Below, piece after piece: positions 29,840 through 38,633 of a stretch of 64,000 nucleotides of DNA. The stretch comes from Ruminococcaceae bacterium UBA3903. GTDB lineage: Bacteria > Bacillota > Clostridia > Oscillospirales > Acutalibacteraceae. The DNA lies in the NCBI GenBank assembly GCA_002391625.1, contig DGFJ01000007.1, positions 5,900-69,899 on the forward strand, in the 5' to 3' direction. Below the pieces are notes generated by a model. It did no database searches. It saw nothing but the letters and a program-made list of their open reading frames with translations, and was not told the origin of the DNA. Made by a program: the position numbers and the translations under genes. Each line of letters starts with the position of its first letter. The first letter of the stretch is position 1.

Positions 29840-32800
29840 ATGCTTTCAAAATTTAGTGTAAAAAAGCCATTAACTGTTCTGGTGGCAGTTATACTGGTAT
29901 TAATATTAGGTGTGGTATCTTTTATGAAGATGACACCTGATTTACTGCCAAATATGGAGTTCCCGTACGTTATAATTATGACCACATATCCAGGAGCCAG
30001 CCCAGAAACAGTGGAAGAAACTGTTTCAAAGCCTTTAGAAAAATCCATGGCAACATTGGATAAAATAAAGGATGTTACCTCTACCTCCAGCGAGAACTAC
30101 TCTATGGTAATGTTAGAGTTTAATGATGACGTTAACATGGATTCTATTACTGTAGATATTAATGATAAAATATCAGCAGTAAAGGGTGTATGGACAGATG
30201 AAACAATAGGTTCTCCGTATATATTAAAAATTAACCCCAATATGCTGCCGGTGGCTGTGGCGGCTGTGGATATGGATGACAAGGACACTGTGGAGCTTTC
30301 CTCCTTTGTTAACGACAATGTAATACCTAAGCTGGAAGGTGTAGAGGGTGTTGCTAATGTTAACGTTAGCGGTATAGTAGATAAACAGGTCAACGTAAAG
30401 CTGTCACAGGAAAAGATAGACGCTGTGAACGAAAAGGTTCAAACCGCCATTAACCAAAAGTTTGCAGATGGCGAAGATGAATTGGATTCCTCTAAAAGTG
30501 GAATTGAAGATGGGCTATCACAAATAGACGACGGTAAAGAACAAATTGCTGACAACATTTCTCAGCTTGAGGATAAGCAAGGTGAGCTTAACTCTCAGCT
30601 GTCACAGGCAAAAAGCCAGCTTGATTCAAAACAAATAGAGCTGGTGGAAACAAAGCTCAGCTTAGTAGCAAAGCTTTCAGAGCTAGAAAATCAAAAATCC
30701 CAGCTGTCTGCCACTAAGGAGCAGCTGGAAGCCTTGCTTACACCACTTTTGCAGTTAGAAGCAACAGAAAAAGATTTACAGTCTACTGTGGAATTTTTAA
30801 CAAACGCCAATGATACGCTTACAGGTCTAAATGATAAAGCTACATACTACAATGATGAAATCACCGCTATTAACAATAACCCAGATTTATCAGCAGATGA
30901 AAAGCAGCTGGCGATAACAGATATAAAAAATAGTGATGATTACAAAAACATGATTCAGAGCTACACAGATTTAGACAACCAATTATCAGAATATGGTTAC
31001 ACACGTGAACAGGTAAGCAGTAAGCTAATAGAGGCTACGGCAGCGTTGGCTTTAACAGAAAATGGGCTACAGCTAATAGATAAAGCGTTAGGTCAGTTTA
31101 ATATGTCCCGCAGTGAGCTTGCCGATAATATCGCACAAATTAATGAGGGTATAACAGCTATTGACAGTGCTATACCCACACTTAACAATACCTTAGCACA
31201 GCTAGAGGCAGGGCAAGCCACCATTACTGATGCAAAATCCCAGTTAAATGAACAAAGTGCTACAGCAGCATCACAAATGGGTGAAGGCTTAACAAAGCTA
31301 ATTGTAGCTGACAGCTCCCTAGACAACACAAGGACACAGCTAAATTCGGCTATGACACAAATAGATACTGCTGTTACAGAATTAGACAGTCAAAAGGAAA
31401 AGGCCTTATCATCGGCTGATATGACAAAAACCATTACCATGGATATGGTATCAAAAATATTAACTGCACAAAACTTTTCTATGCCAGCGGGCTATGTATC
31501 AGATGACGGTGTTGATTACCTTGTCAGAGTTGGTGACAAGATAGAAGATGAGAATGAATTAAAAAATCTTATGCTATTTAACCCTAATATCGAGGGTGTA
31601 TCCCCCATCTTCTTATCAGATGTAGCAGATATTTTAGTAACAGACAATTCAAACGAAATATATGCTAAAATCAATAAAAACAACGGTGTATTGCTATCCT
31701 TTACAAAGCAGTCCACATATGCTACAGCAACTGTTTCTACCAGTATATCAGATAAGCTAAAGGCTTTAGAATTAGAAAACCCAAGTTTACATTTCACCAT
31801 AATGATGGATCAGGGAGATTATATATACTTAATCGTAAACTCTGTTTTACAAAATCTATTATTTGGTGCAGTTTTGGCAATTATCATTCTTTTGTTCTTC
31901 CTAAAGGATATTAAGCCTACCATTATAATTGCTTGCTCTATCCCTCTTAGTGTTGTATTCGCCATTGTACTAATGTATTTTTCTGGTGTTACATTAAATA
32001 TTATCTCCCTATCGGGATTAGCGGTAGGTGTAGGTATGCTGGTTGATAACTCTGTCGTAGTTATAGAGAATATTTATCGACTGCGAAACAAGGGGGTTTC
32101 GTCCATTAAGGCTGCCGTCAGCGGTGCGGCACAGGTGGCTGGTGCTATTACAGCCTCTACACTGACTACCGTTTGTGTGTTCCTGCCTATCGTCTTTATT
32201 ACAGGTATTACACGTCAACTATTCAGTGACATGGCATTAACTGTTGGCTACTCGCTAATTGCCAGCTTAATAGTAGCTTTAACCCTAGTTCCTGCAATGT
32301 CACAGAAAATGTTAAAGAAAACTACCGTTAAAGAACATAAGCTTTTTGATAAATTTGTTAACGGATATGAAAAAACAGCTAGATTTTCCTTACGTCACCG
32401 TATGCTGACAATTATGCTTGCCTTTGTATTATTAGTAGTTAGCTTAGCTTTAACGGTTGCTAGGGGATTTACATTTATGCCAGAGATGGACTCAACCAGC
32501 ATTGAGGTTACAGCCCAAATGCCAAAGGATAACACCTTTGAGGAATCTACACAGCTGTCAGACGATATCGTAGCTAAAATTTCAGAGATACCAGAGGTTA
32601 ATACCGTAGGTGCAATGGCTGGTGACGAGAACAGCATTCTGGGAATGGGTGGGTCATCACAAGGTGCTTCCGCTGAAACCATCACAATGTATGTATTGAC
32701 AGATGAAAACAAAACCAGAACCAACGGTGAAATCGCTAAAGAAATAGAAGAAAAATGTAAGGATTTTCCATGTACGATAACCGCTTTAGGTTCATCGTCT

Positions 32801-33949
32801 ATGACCTCATTAACAGCCATGAGCGGTAGCGGTGTTTCCTTAAAATTATATGGCGATGACCTTGATAAGCTACAGGAAATAGCAAAAAGTATAGGTGCTA
32901 AGCTAGAAACTGTTGATGGTACCGCTGATGTTGATAACGGTATTAAGGACACAACACCAGAGCTAAGAATTACTGTTAACAAGGATAAGGCCACCACTAA
33001 GGGTCTGACTGTGGCACAGGTTTATGCTGATATAGCAGCTGCCATAAAAACCAAAAATACGGCTACCAATATGACAATAGATAAGGAAACCACTGACGTC
33101 ATTGTAGTTAATGGCAGTGCAACGGATATGACCCCTGACGACATTAAGGATTATAAGCTAACTGTTACAAATCAGCTGGATAGCACAACCAGCACAGTTA
33201 AGCTAAAGGATATAGCAGAGTTTACGGAAACCACTTCACTTAATGCTATTAATCGTGACAATCAAAGAAGGTACATAACAATTACTGCTAACGTTCAGGA
33301 CGAATACAACATCACACTTGTGAATAATGATGTTAAGGAAGCCTTGTCTGGCTTTGATTTGCCTGATGATATGACAATAGAATATTCTGGCGAAAGCGAG
33401 TCTATTATGGATTCTATGTTCCAGCTGTTAGAGATGCTATTATTAGCAGTAGCCTTTATTTATCTAATAATGGTAGCACAGTTCCAGTCGCTGTTGTCAC
33501 CGTTTATAGTAATGTTCACAATTCCGTTGGCATTTACAGGCGGATTAATAGCACTGCTTATTACAGGCAACACAATAAGCGTAATATCCATGATTGGCTT
33601 TGTTATGCTGGCGGGTATTATCGTTAATAATGGTATAGTGTTAATAGATTATATCAATCAGCTGCGAGCCGAAGGCGTAGATAAAACAGAGGCTATCATA
33701 ACAGCTGCCAGAACACGAATGCGACCTATTTTGATGACTGTTTTAACTACTGTTTTAGGTCTGTGTGTTATGGCAGTAGGTGTAGGCACCGGCTCAGAAA
33801 TGATGCAGCCAATAGCCATTGTATGTATCGGTGGACTAATCTACGCTACATTAATGACATTATATGTTGTTCCTGCGGCATACTCATTGTTTAACAGAAA
33901 AGAGATTAAGGTCATTACAAAGGATGAGCTAGAGGTAACCGACGAATAA
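29840..33949 (+). CDS. RND-family efflux permease (AcrB/HAE-like) with a large coiled-coil insertion
   Basis: RND landmarks GLAVGVGMLVDNSVVVIENIYR and IGFVMLAGIIVNNGIVLIDYINQLRAEG, with a 12-TM, two-large-loop architecture. At 1369 aa it is longer than the usual ~1000-1100 aa. An AGGAG RBS precedes the start. Confidence 0.85.
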   Translation: MLSKFSVKKPLTVLVAVILVLILGVVSFMKMTPDLLPNMEFPYVIIMTTYPGASPETVEETVSKPLEKSMATLDKIKDVTSTSSENYSMVMLEFNDDVNMDSITVDINDKISAVKGVWTDETIGSPYILKINPNMLPVAVAAVDMDDKDTVELSSFVNDNVIPKLEGVEGVANVNVSGIVDKQVNVKLSQEKIDAVNEKVQTAINQKFADGEDELDSSKSGIEDGLSQIDDGKEQIADNISQLEDKQGELNSQLSQAKSQLDSKQIELVETKLSLVAKLSELENQKSQLSATKEQLEALLTPLLQLEATEKDLQSTVEFLTNANDTLTGLNDKATYYNDEITAINNNPDLSADEKQLAITDIKNSDDYKNMIQSYTDLDNQLSEYGYTREQVSSKLIEATAALALTENGLQLIDKALGQFNMSRSELADNIAQINEGITAIDSAIPTLNNTLAQLEAGQATITDAKSQLNEQSATAASQMGEGLTKLIVADSSLDNTRTQLNSAMTQIDTAVTELDSQKEKALSSADMTKTITMDMVSKILTAQNFSMPAGYVSDDGVDYLVRVGDKIEDENELKNLMLFNPNIEGVSPIFLSDVADILVTDNSNEIYAKINKNNGVLLSFTKQSTYATATVSTSISDKLKALELENPSLHFTIMMDQGDYIYLIVNSVLQNLLFGAVLAIIILLFFLKDIKPTIIIACSIPLSVVFAIVLMYFSGVTLNIISLSGLAVGVGMLVDNSVVVIENIYRLRNKGVSSIKAAVSGAAQVAGAITASTLTTVCVFLPIVFITGITRQLFSDMALTVGYSLIASLIVALTLVPAMSQKMLKKTTVKEHKLFDKFVNGYEKTARFSLRHRMLTIMLAFVLLVVSLALTVARGFTFMPEMDSTSIEVTAQMPKDNTFEESTQLSDDIVAKISEIPEVNTVGAMAGDENSILGMGGSSQGASAETITMYVLTDENKTRTNGEIAKEIEEKCKDFPCTITALGSSSMTSLTAMSGSGVSLKLYGDDLDKLQEIAKSIGAKLETVDGTADVDNGIKDTTPELRITVNKDKATTKGLTVAQVYADIAAAIKTKNTATNMTIDKETTDVIVVNGSATDMTPDDIKDYKLTVTNQLDSTTSTVKLKDIAEFTETTSLNAINRDNQRRYITITANVQDEYNITLVNNDVKEALSGFDLPDDMTIEYSGESESIMDSMFQLLEMLLLAVAFIYLIMVAQFQSLLSPFIVMFTIPLAFTGGLIALLITGNTISVISMIGFVMLAGIIVNNGIVLIDYINQLRAEGVDKTEAIITAARTRMRPILMTVLTTVLGLCVMAVGVGTGSEMMQPIAIVCIGGLIYATLMTLYVVPAAYSLFNRKEIKVITKDELEVTDE

Positions 33950-33967
33950 TAATATGTAAAGCAACAC

Positions 33968-34016
33968 AAAAGCTCCCACCTTGTAGCCACATCGTTACAG
34001 GGTGGGAGCTTTTTCG
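33968..34016. terminator. Rho-independent terminator after the RND gene (A-tract/T-tract flanked)
   Basis: A 13-bp stem, AAAAGCTCCCACC / GGTGGGAGCTTTT, with a T run. Confidence 0.75.
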
Positions 34017-34090
34017 TATTATATTAATTTTAATAAAACTGTAGATAACCTGTCTGTATAATTCATTTTATCCTTTATTACAATTTTCTA

Positions 34091-35224
34091 TTAATCAAGC
34101 AACATAGAAACAAGCTTTTCATAGGAAAAAATATCATTTATATAACAAGCATCAAAAAACGCACCAAGATTTTCTTCTGAATATTCTACCTCTTTAGAAT
34201 AAGCTTTGGTGTTGGCTATTCTGTTTAATAAAGTAAATTCATAATTATTTGCAATCCAGCTGTTAATATCAAAAATATAATTTACAACACAGCTAACAAC
34301 AGCTAACTTAACCTTTGATACCACATCTTCATCAAAAACAGCTTTTAAAAAATATCTATATATAAAATATACAGCAATATGTTCATACTCATATTGACTT
34401 TCAGCATGGTAAGCATCAAATTTTTCATTGCTGTTCATTATGACAGGCAATTTATTTGAAATTTCGGTCAAGCTGTTTTTCCACTGGTCATTGATTGGCT
34501 CTAAAGTATTAAGAAACTGTAAAACGTCTTTTACAAATTCTGTTTTATTCAATCCACAATTACTGCCTTTAGAAATTTCTGTTATTATTTCACTACAGAA
34601 GTTTTCATCCTTATATTGCCATGATAAATCCTTAATATACCTATATTTTTTCATCTCAATACAGTCCTGTATATCCTCCCCCATTGTCAGCGTCAGGGCA
34701 AAACGTTCTAACAACGGAATGTTACGGTTTTGCAGCACAGCTAAAATAGTATCACGAGCCAATATAAGCTGACTAAATAGCTCATTATCATAATTTATAT
34801 TTTGATTTTCATCATCGGTCTCAAATGTTACAAATTTAACAGGCTCATCATTAGAAAATAACAGTCGACAGCCCTCCTCACAGCACAAGCCAATACCAAG
34901 CTCTGTCAAATTATCAAACCATTCATAAAAACGTGGATGGTTTTTGCAAATCTCACACAAATGCTTCTCCCCTAGATTAATAATAACATCACACAAATTT
35001 TCATTGTTTAAAAAAGGACACCGTTCATCATTAAGAATAAAGCTAGGTTGAGCTATATTATTTATACATGAGTGTAACCGTTCACCAAAAGAGCCATTTA
35101 GACCTTGATAAAAGCTATTGGTTTTATTATCAATATCTATTTCCCACCCGATACAACAATTGTCTGTACAGCCAGAACCAATGCAATTAAAATCCTTATA
35201 GAACCAAGGTACTCTATTAACCAT
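34091..35224 (-). CDS. FliB-like Cys-rich protein (flagellin lysine-N-methylase family candidate)
   Basis: The N-terminus MVNRVPWFYKDFNCIGSGCTDNCCIGWEIDID carries the C-x4-C-x3-CC cluster that I recall from FliB/YkgJ-type proteins, and the ~380-aa length fits. This is recognition from memory only. Confidence 0.5.
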   Translation of the reverse strand: MVNRVPWFYKDFNCIGSGCTDNCCIGWEIDIDNKTNSFYQGLNGSFGERLHSCINNIAQPSFILNDERCPFLNNENLCDVIINLGEKHLCEICKNHPRFYEWFDNLTELGIGLCCEEGCRLLFSNDEPVKFVTFETDDENQNINYDNELFSQLILARDTILAVLQNRNIPLLERFALTLTMGEDIQDCIEMKKYRYIKDLSWQYKDENFCSEIITEISKGSNCGLNKTEFVKDVLQFLNTLEPINDQWKNSLTEISNKLPVIMNSNEKFDAYHAESQYEYEHIAVYFIYRYFLKAVFDEDVVSKVKLAVVSCVVNYIFDINSWIANNYEFTLLNRIANTKAYSKEVEYSEENLGAFFDACYINDIFSYEKLVSMLLD

Positions 35225-35388
35225 AAAAACATTTCCTTATAAATTATAAATTGATATTACGGTAAAACATATAACAAACATCATTTTAAAAGACTTTTTT
35301 ATGACCGTAATAATTTTATATTACTAAACAACAATTTGCTAAAATTTACTAATAAATTTTCGGTATCTAATCACAGCCGTCAGCCGTA

Positions 35389-36123
35389 CTAGCATATTAG
35401 AATATGTGGTGCTTTTGTGTTATCCAGTAGTCGTAAATATTTTTTCATATCCTGAACTGAAACCGCAACACAACCGCCTGTAGGAGCTTGACCGCAATGG
35501 AAAAATATAGCGGCACCCCTACCCGCTATTATTGGATAGGTATTGTCCTCTATTACACAGCCATATTCATAATCAACAAACTCTATCATATGTTCCGCAC
35601 TGTCCCAGTCTTTATTTTCTGTACCGACAACAAGCTGATTATAAAACCTTGACATAGGGTCATCAACCCAGTAGTAATTATCCAAAATTTTAAAGCTGTT
35701 TAATCCGGTTTCTGGCTTTTCGTTAAGGTAAAAGGCATCGCCAAGTGAAAACAATCCTATTGGTGTGCAAAAATCCCCTTGTACTATCTCTTGTGTTACT
35801 CCGTTGTAGCCAACGTAGCCTGCAGTGTCGCCTATTACCTGCGTCCATTGGCTATCATTATTTTTTTCATACATGGAAACTATGCATTTTTGCCCATTAG
35901 ACTTAACCGTTACCAGCTGTTCAAAAGTAAGGTCATCTATGCTGTAAGTTGTATTACCCAAAAATGTGTTCAAGCTATTTGATTGATTTGAAAAGCTGGT
36001 TGTTTTTTTTGGTGCTACAGAGCTATCCTTGGGGAGAAAACAGGACACAAGCACCACAAATATTACTAATGCTATTACTACAAACAAGAAAATCAGTATT
36101 GCTGTCTTTTTATTTTTTATCAT
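35389..36123 (-). CDS. L,D-transpeptidase (YkuD) family protein, membrane-anchored
   Basis: An N-terminal TM anchor and a C-terminal catalytic motif, FFHCGQAPTGGCVAVS (His ... Gly-Cys). Confidence 0.75.
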   Translation of the reverse strand: MIKNKKTAILIFLFVVIALVIFVVLVSCFLPKDSSVAPKKTTSFSNQSNSLNTFLGNTTYSIDDLTFEQLVTVKSNGQKCIVSMYEKNNDSQWTQVIGDTAGYVGYNGVTQEIVQGDFCTPIGLFSLGDAFYLNEKPETGLNSFKILDNYYWVDDPMSRFYNQLVVGTENKDWDSAEHMIEFVDYEYGCVIEDNTYPIIAGRGAAIFFHCGQAPTGGCVAVSVQDMKKYLRLLDNTKAPHILIC

Positions 36124-36328
36124 TCACAGGTCACTTTCCTTAGCACAAAGCAGCTTTAATATTATAGGTAGGAAATTGATAATATTTATTAATTAATTAT
36201 ATCGTAAGAGTTGTAAAAATTCAATATATAATTGATAGTGCTGACAAAAAGCTTTACAAAACCTTATTTACTTGGTACTATTTATTAAGTGTACCATGAA
36301 TTTTTACTTATCAGATAAGGAATGATGT

Positions 36329-37282
36329 TTGAAAATGGCAACTAAAATTAGATATACCTGTGGGGTTATTATGGTATTGTTAATGATAACAGTGGCAGAC
36401 ATAACAAGAGAGTATGAGATAATTTTTCCTGAAATAGCTGCATTAGTTTTAGGTGGCTGGATAGCTGGCAAGCACCCTTGGAGGGTGAATAAAATACAAT
36501 TTATATTGTTCATGTGTTTAGCGTCAATTTTGGGTATTGTGATGGTAAGGATAGAGATTATTCCACTAATTGCAAAAATACTGATTTCTTTTGCAATATG
36601 CGGTGTTGTGTTGATTTTATGTAGGAGTACAATGTTACCAATGATTTCAGCGTGTATTCTTCCTATATTAATGGGTACTGAAAGTATTATTTACCCCATC
36701 TCTGTAACCGTTATGGTAATAATAATTGTATTAGTACAGAACTTATTTGAAAAATGTAATCTACGAGATGAACATATTTTCATGCGTAACAAGTCAGCCA
36801 TGAAGCTAGAAGCAATACGTTGGGGTATGTTATTTATTACTGTTTTGATACTGAGTATTATAGCAATTAAGTTCAATTATATTTTTTTAATTGCTCCACC
36901 TTTGATAGTGTGCTTTGCAGAGTTTTCTTATATACATAGCAACGTTAGGAAAAAACCATTAAACACATATGGTCTGATCGTATTATGCTCCGCAGCTGGA
37001 GCGTTGAGCAAATATCTCTTTTATTATATGCTAAATCTGCCACTTATAGTTTCTGGTATTGTTATTGTTTTAATTTTGTTCTGCATATACTACAAAACAA
37101 AAATGATTTTTCCACCATCAGGTGCTTTGGCTTTACTTCCACTTATTATTAACAATTCAGATAGTATGCTTTCGTACCCTATTCAGGTTGCAATAGGTGG
37201 AGGCACTATGATAATAGCTGCTATGATGATTGGAAACATATTAAAAAAATATTCCCATGAAAATCATATAAAAACAATGTGA
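36329..37282 (+). CDS. Polytopic integral membrane protein of unknown function
   Basis: A 317-aa, very hydrophobic protein with about 8-9 predicted spans. I recognised no family motif. Confidence 0.5.
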   Translation: MKMATKIRYTCGVIMVLLMITVADITREYEIIFPEIAALVLGGWIAGKHPWRVNKIQFILFMCLASILGIVMVRIEIIPLIAKILISFAICGVVLILCRSTMLPMISACILPILMGTESIIYPISVTVMVIIIVLVQNLFEKCNLRDEHIFMRNKSAMKLEAIRWGMLFITVLILSIIAIKFNYIFLIAPPLIVCFAEFSYIHSNVRKKPLNTYGLIVLCSAAGALSKYLFYYMLNLPLIVSGIVIVLILFCIYYKTKMIFPPSGALALLPLIINNSDSMLSYPIQVAIGGGTMIIAAMMIGNILKKYSHENHIKTM

Positions 37283-37288
37283 CAAGTG

Positions 37289-37330
37289 AAAAACGTTTAC
37301 CACGGTTATGTTACCGTGGTAAACGTTTTT
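37289..37330. terminator. Bidirectional terminator between convergent genes
   Basis: A perfect 17-bp stem, AAAAACGTTTACCACGG / CCGTGGTAAACGTTTTT, with an 8-nt loop. It overlaps the stop codon of the HD gene. Confidence 0.8.
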
Positions 37331-37910
37331 ATCTTTTCGTCACAGATGATGTATTTTTTTCCCTAAGATATGTTGATTCTAAATCAGATAGGTGTAGCTT
37401 AACCGCAATGGGGTATTTTTCATATGCTTGACTTATAGCAAAGCCACCGCCATCATCAAAACCACCCATATGCCAACGGATAGCCATAGCTTCGTCAATC
37501 TTTAATCTCATAAAACGTTCAATCAAAAAAACAGATTTTTCACCATGACCATATGGAAAAACATCGTCAATAGCATAATACGGTTGTTTTTCCCATTTGC
37601 CCGTTTCTTCATTCTTTACATTTCTAGTTGATACCTTATAAAACTGTGCTTTGCATAAATCATGGAGCAATGCACATATTGCAAAGCTTTCTGCACTATC
37701 CTTTTCATCGTTAAAATGCTTTTCCATCATAACGTCATAAACACTGAGGCTGTGCATTATTAGACCTTGCTCACAGGCACAGTGATACTTACTACTGGCT
37801 GGTGCAGTAAAAAAATCGGTTTTTTGCAGCCATCCTAACAACTCCTCACTGCCCTGTCGTGAAACATTTGCACGAAAGATTTCTAAAAACTTTTCCTTAT
37901 AATCAAACAT
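37329..37910 (-). CDS. HD-domain phosphohydrolase
   Basis: KYHC... and LLHDLCK motifs (H...HD) in a 193-aa protein. Confidence 0.7.
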   Translation of the reverse strand: MFDYKEKFLEIFRANVSRQGSEELLGWLQKTDFFTAPASSKYHCACEQGLIMHSLSVYDVMMEKHFNDEKDSAESFAICALLHDLCKAQFYKVSTRNVKNEETGKWEKQPYYAIDDVFPYGHGEKSVFLIERFMRLKIDEAMAIRWHMGGFDDGGGFAISQAYEKYPIAVKLHLSDLESTYLREKNTSSVTKR

Positions 37911-37920
37911 CTTCTACCCC

Positions 37921-38472
37921 TTATAATAAATCAGCGTCGTACACAGCTCTCTCCCCACCTACAAACCGTGGTCGAGTTCTGGCACATATTACCCTAGCTT
38001 TTCCGATAATGGCATTGTTAACAGCAACAGGTACGGCGGTACGCTTTAGGTGCATACCAATTAGCACACCACCTATATCAATACCAGCCTGTGCCTTGAT
38101 TTCATCAACAACCACAGGACATTCCAAATTATTATACGTACAGGTAGCGAAAGAACCGCCAGCCTTAGGTTGTGGCACAACGTTTACAACCTCAAGGCCA
38201 TATTTTCTAGCAGCCTCTTTTTCTATTACGATAGCACGGTTTAAATGCTCACAGCACTGTGCGGCAATATATATGCCCTGCTCCTGCAATAATGGATATA
38301 TTCCCTCAAAAGTGGCTTTTGCAATATCTGGACTAGAGTTGGTTCCTGGATTATCACCTAGAATTTCGCTGCTGGAGCAACCAACTACTAAAATATCACC
38401 CTTTTCCAGTTTAGCAGCTTTTAGCAGGTCACTTACAATTCGTTTAGCATCGCTTGTTATATTTTCTAACAT
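37921..38472 (-). CDS. UPF0340 / TIGR01440-family protein (YwlG-like)
   Basis: KGDILVVGCSSSEI near the N-terminus and the ~180-aa length match my memory of B. subtilis YwlG. Confidence 0.7.
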   Translation of the reverse strand: MLENITSDAKRIVSDLLKAAKLEKGDILVVGCSSSEILGDNPGTNSSPDIAKATFEGIYPLLQEQGIYIAAQCCEHLNRAIVIEKEAARKYGLEVVNVVPQPKAGGSFATCTYNNLECPVVVDEIKAQAGIDIGGVLIGMHLKRTAVPVAVNNAIIGKARVICARTRPRFVGGERAVYDADLL

Positions 38473-38633
38473 TTGTTAGCACCTTACCTCTATAATATAT
38501 TTACCTATATTATAACTCATTATTTTCAAATAATCAAATATTAGGTTGTACCTGTACATAATAAAAAAACTCCCATTGACCATATAATACCAATCTGTTA
38601 TAAGATGGATTATAAAATTAATGGGAGATTATT

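Noticed and set aside
30400-31460. Possible DNA-level tandem repeat or CRISPR-like array within the RND gene
   Set aside because: The periodicity is at the protein (heptad) level only. The nucleotide sequence shows no regularly spaced identical repeats, and it is inside a continuous ORF.
32395-32997. 200-aa minus-strand ORF, plus several shorter ones (29815-30048, 30097-30393, 31093-31329, 31516-31800, 32018-32218), inside the RND gene
   Set aside because: They are antisense to a continuous 1369-codon ORF with RND motifs on both sides. Their composition is typical of reverse-frame translation.
37859-38479. 206-aa plus-strand ORF covering the TIGR01440-family gene region
   Set aside because: It is antisense to the TIGR01440-family gene and overlaps the 5' end of the HD gene, both recognisable minus-strand genes. 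The product is Ala/Ser/Pro/Thr-rich with no motif.
27098-38500. Possible genomic island or mobile element spanning the accessory-looking genes (MocR, XRE, isochorismatase, RND, FliB-like, Ldt, HD)
   Set aside because: I could find no integrase, transposase, recombinase, flanking direct repeats or tRNA attachment site. The composition is not clearly different from the neighbouring core genes by eye.
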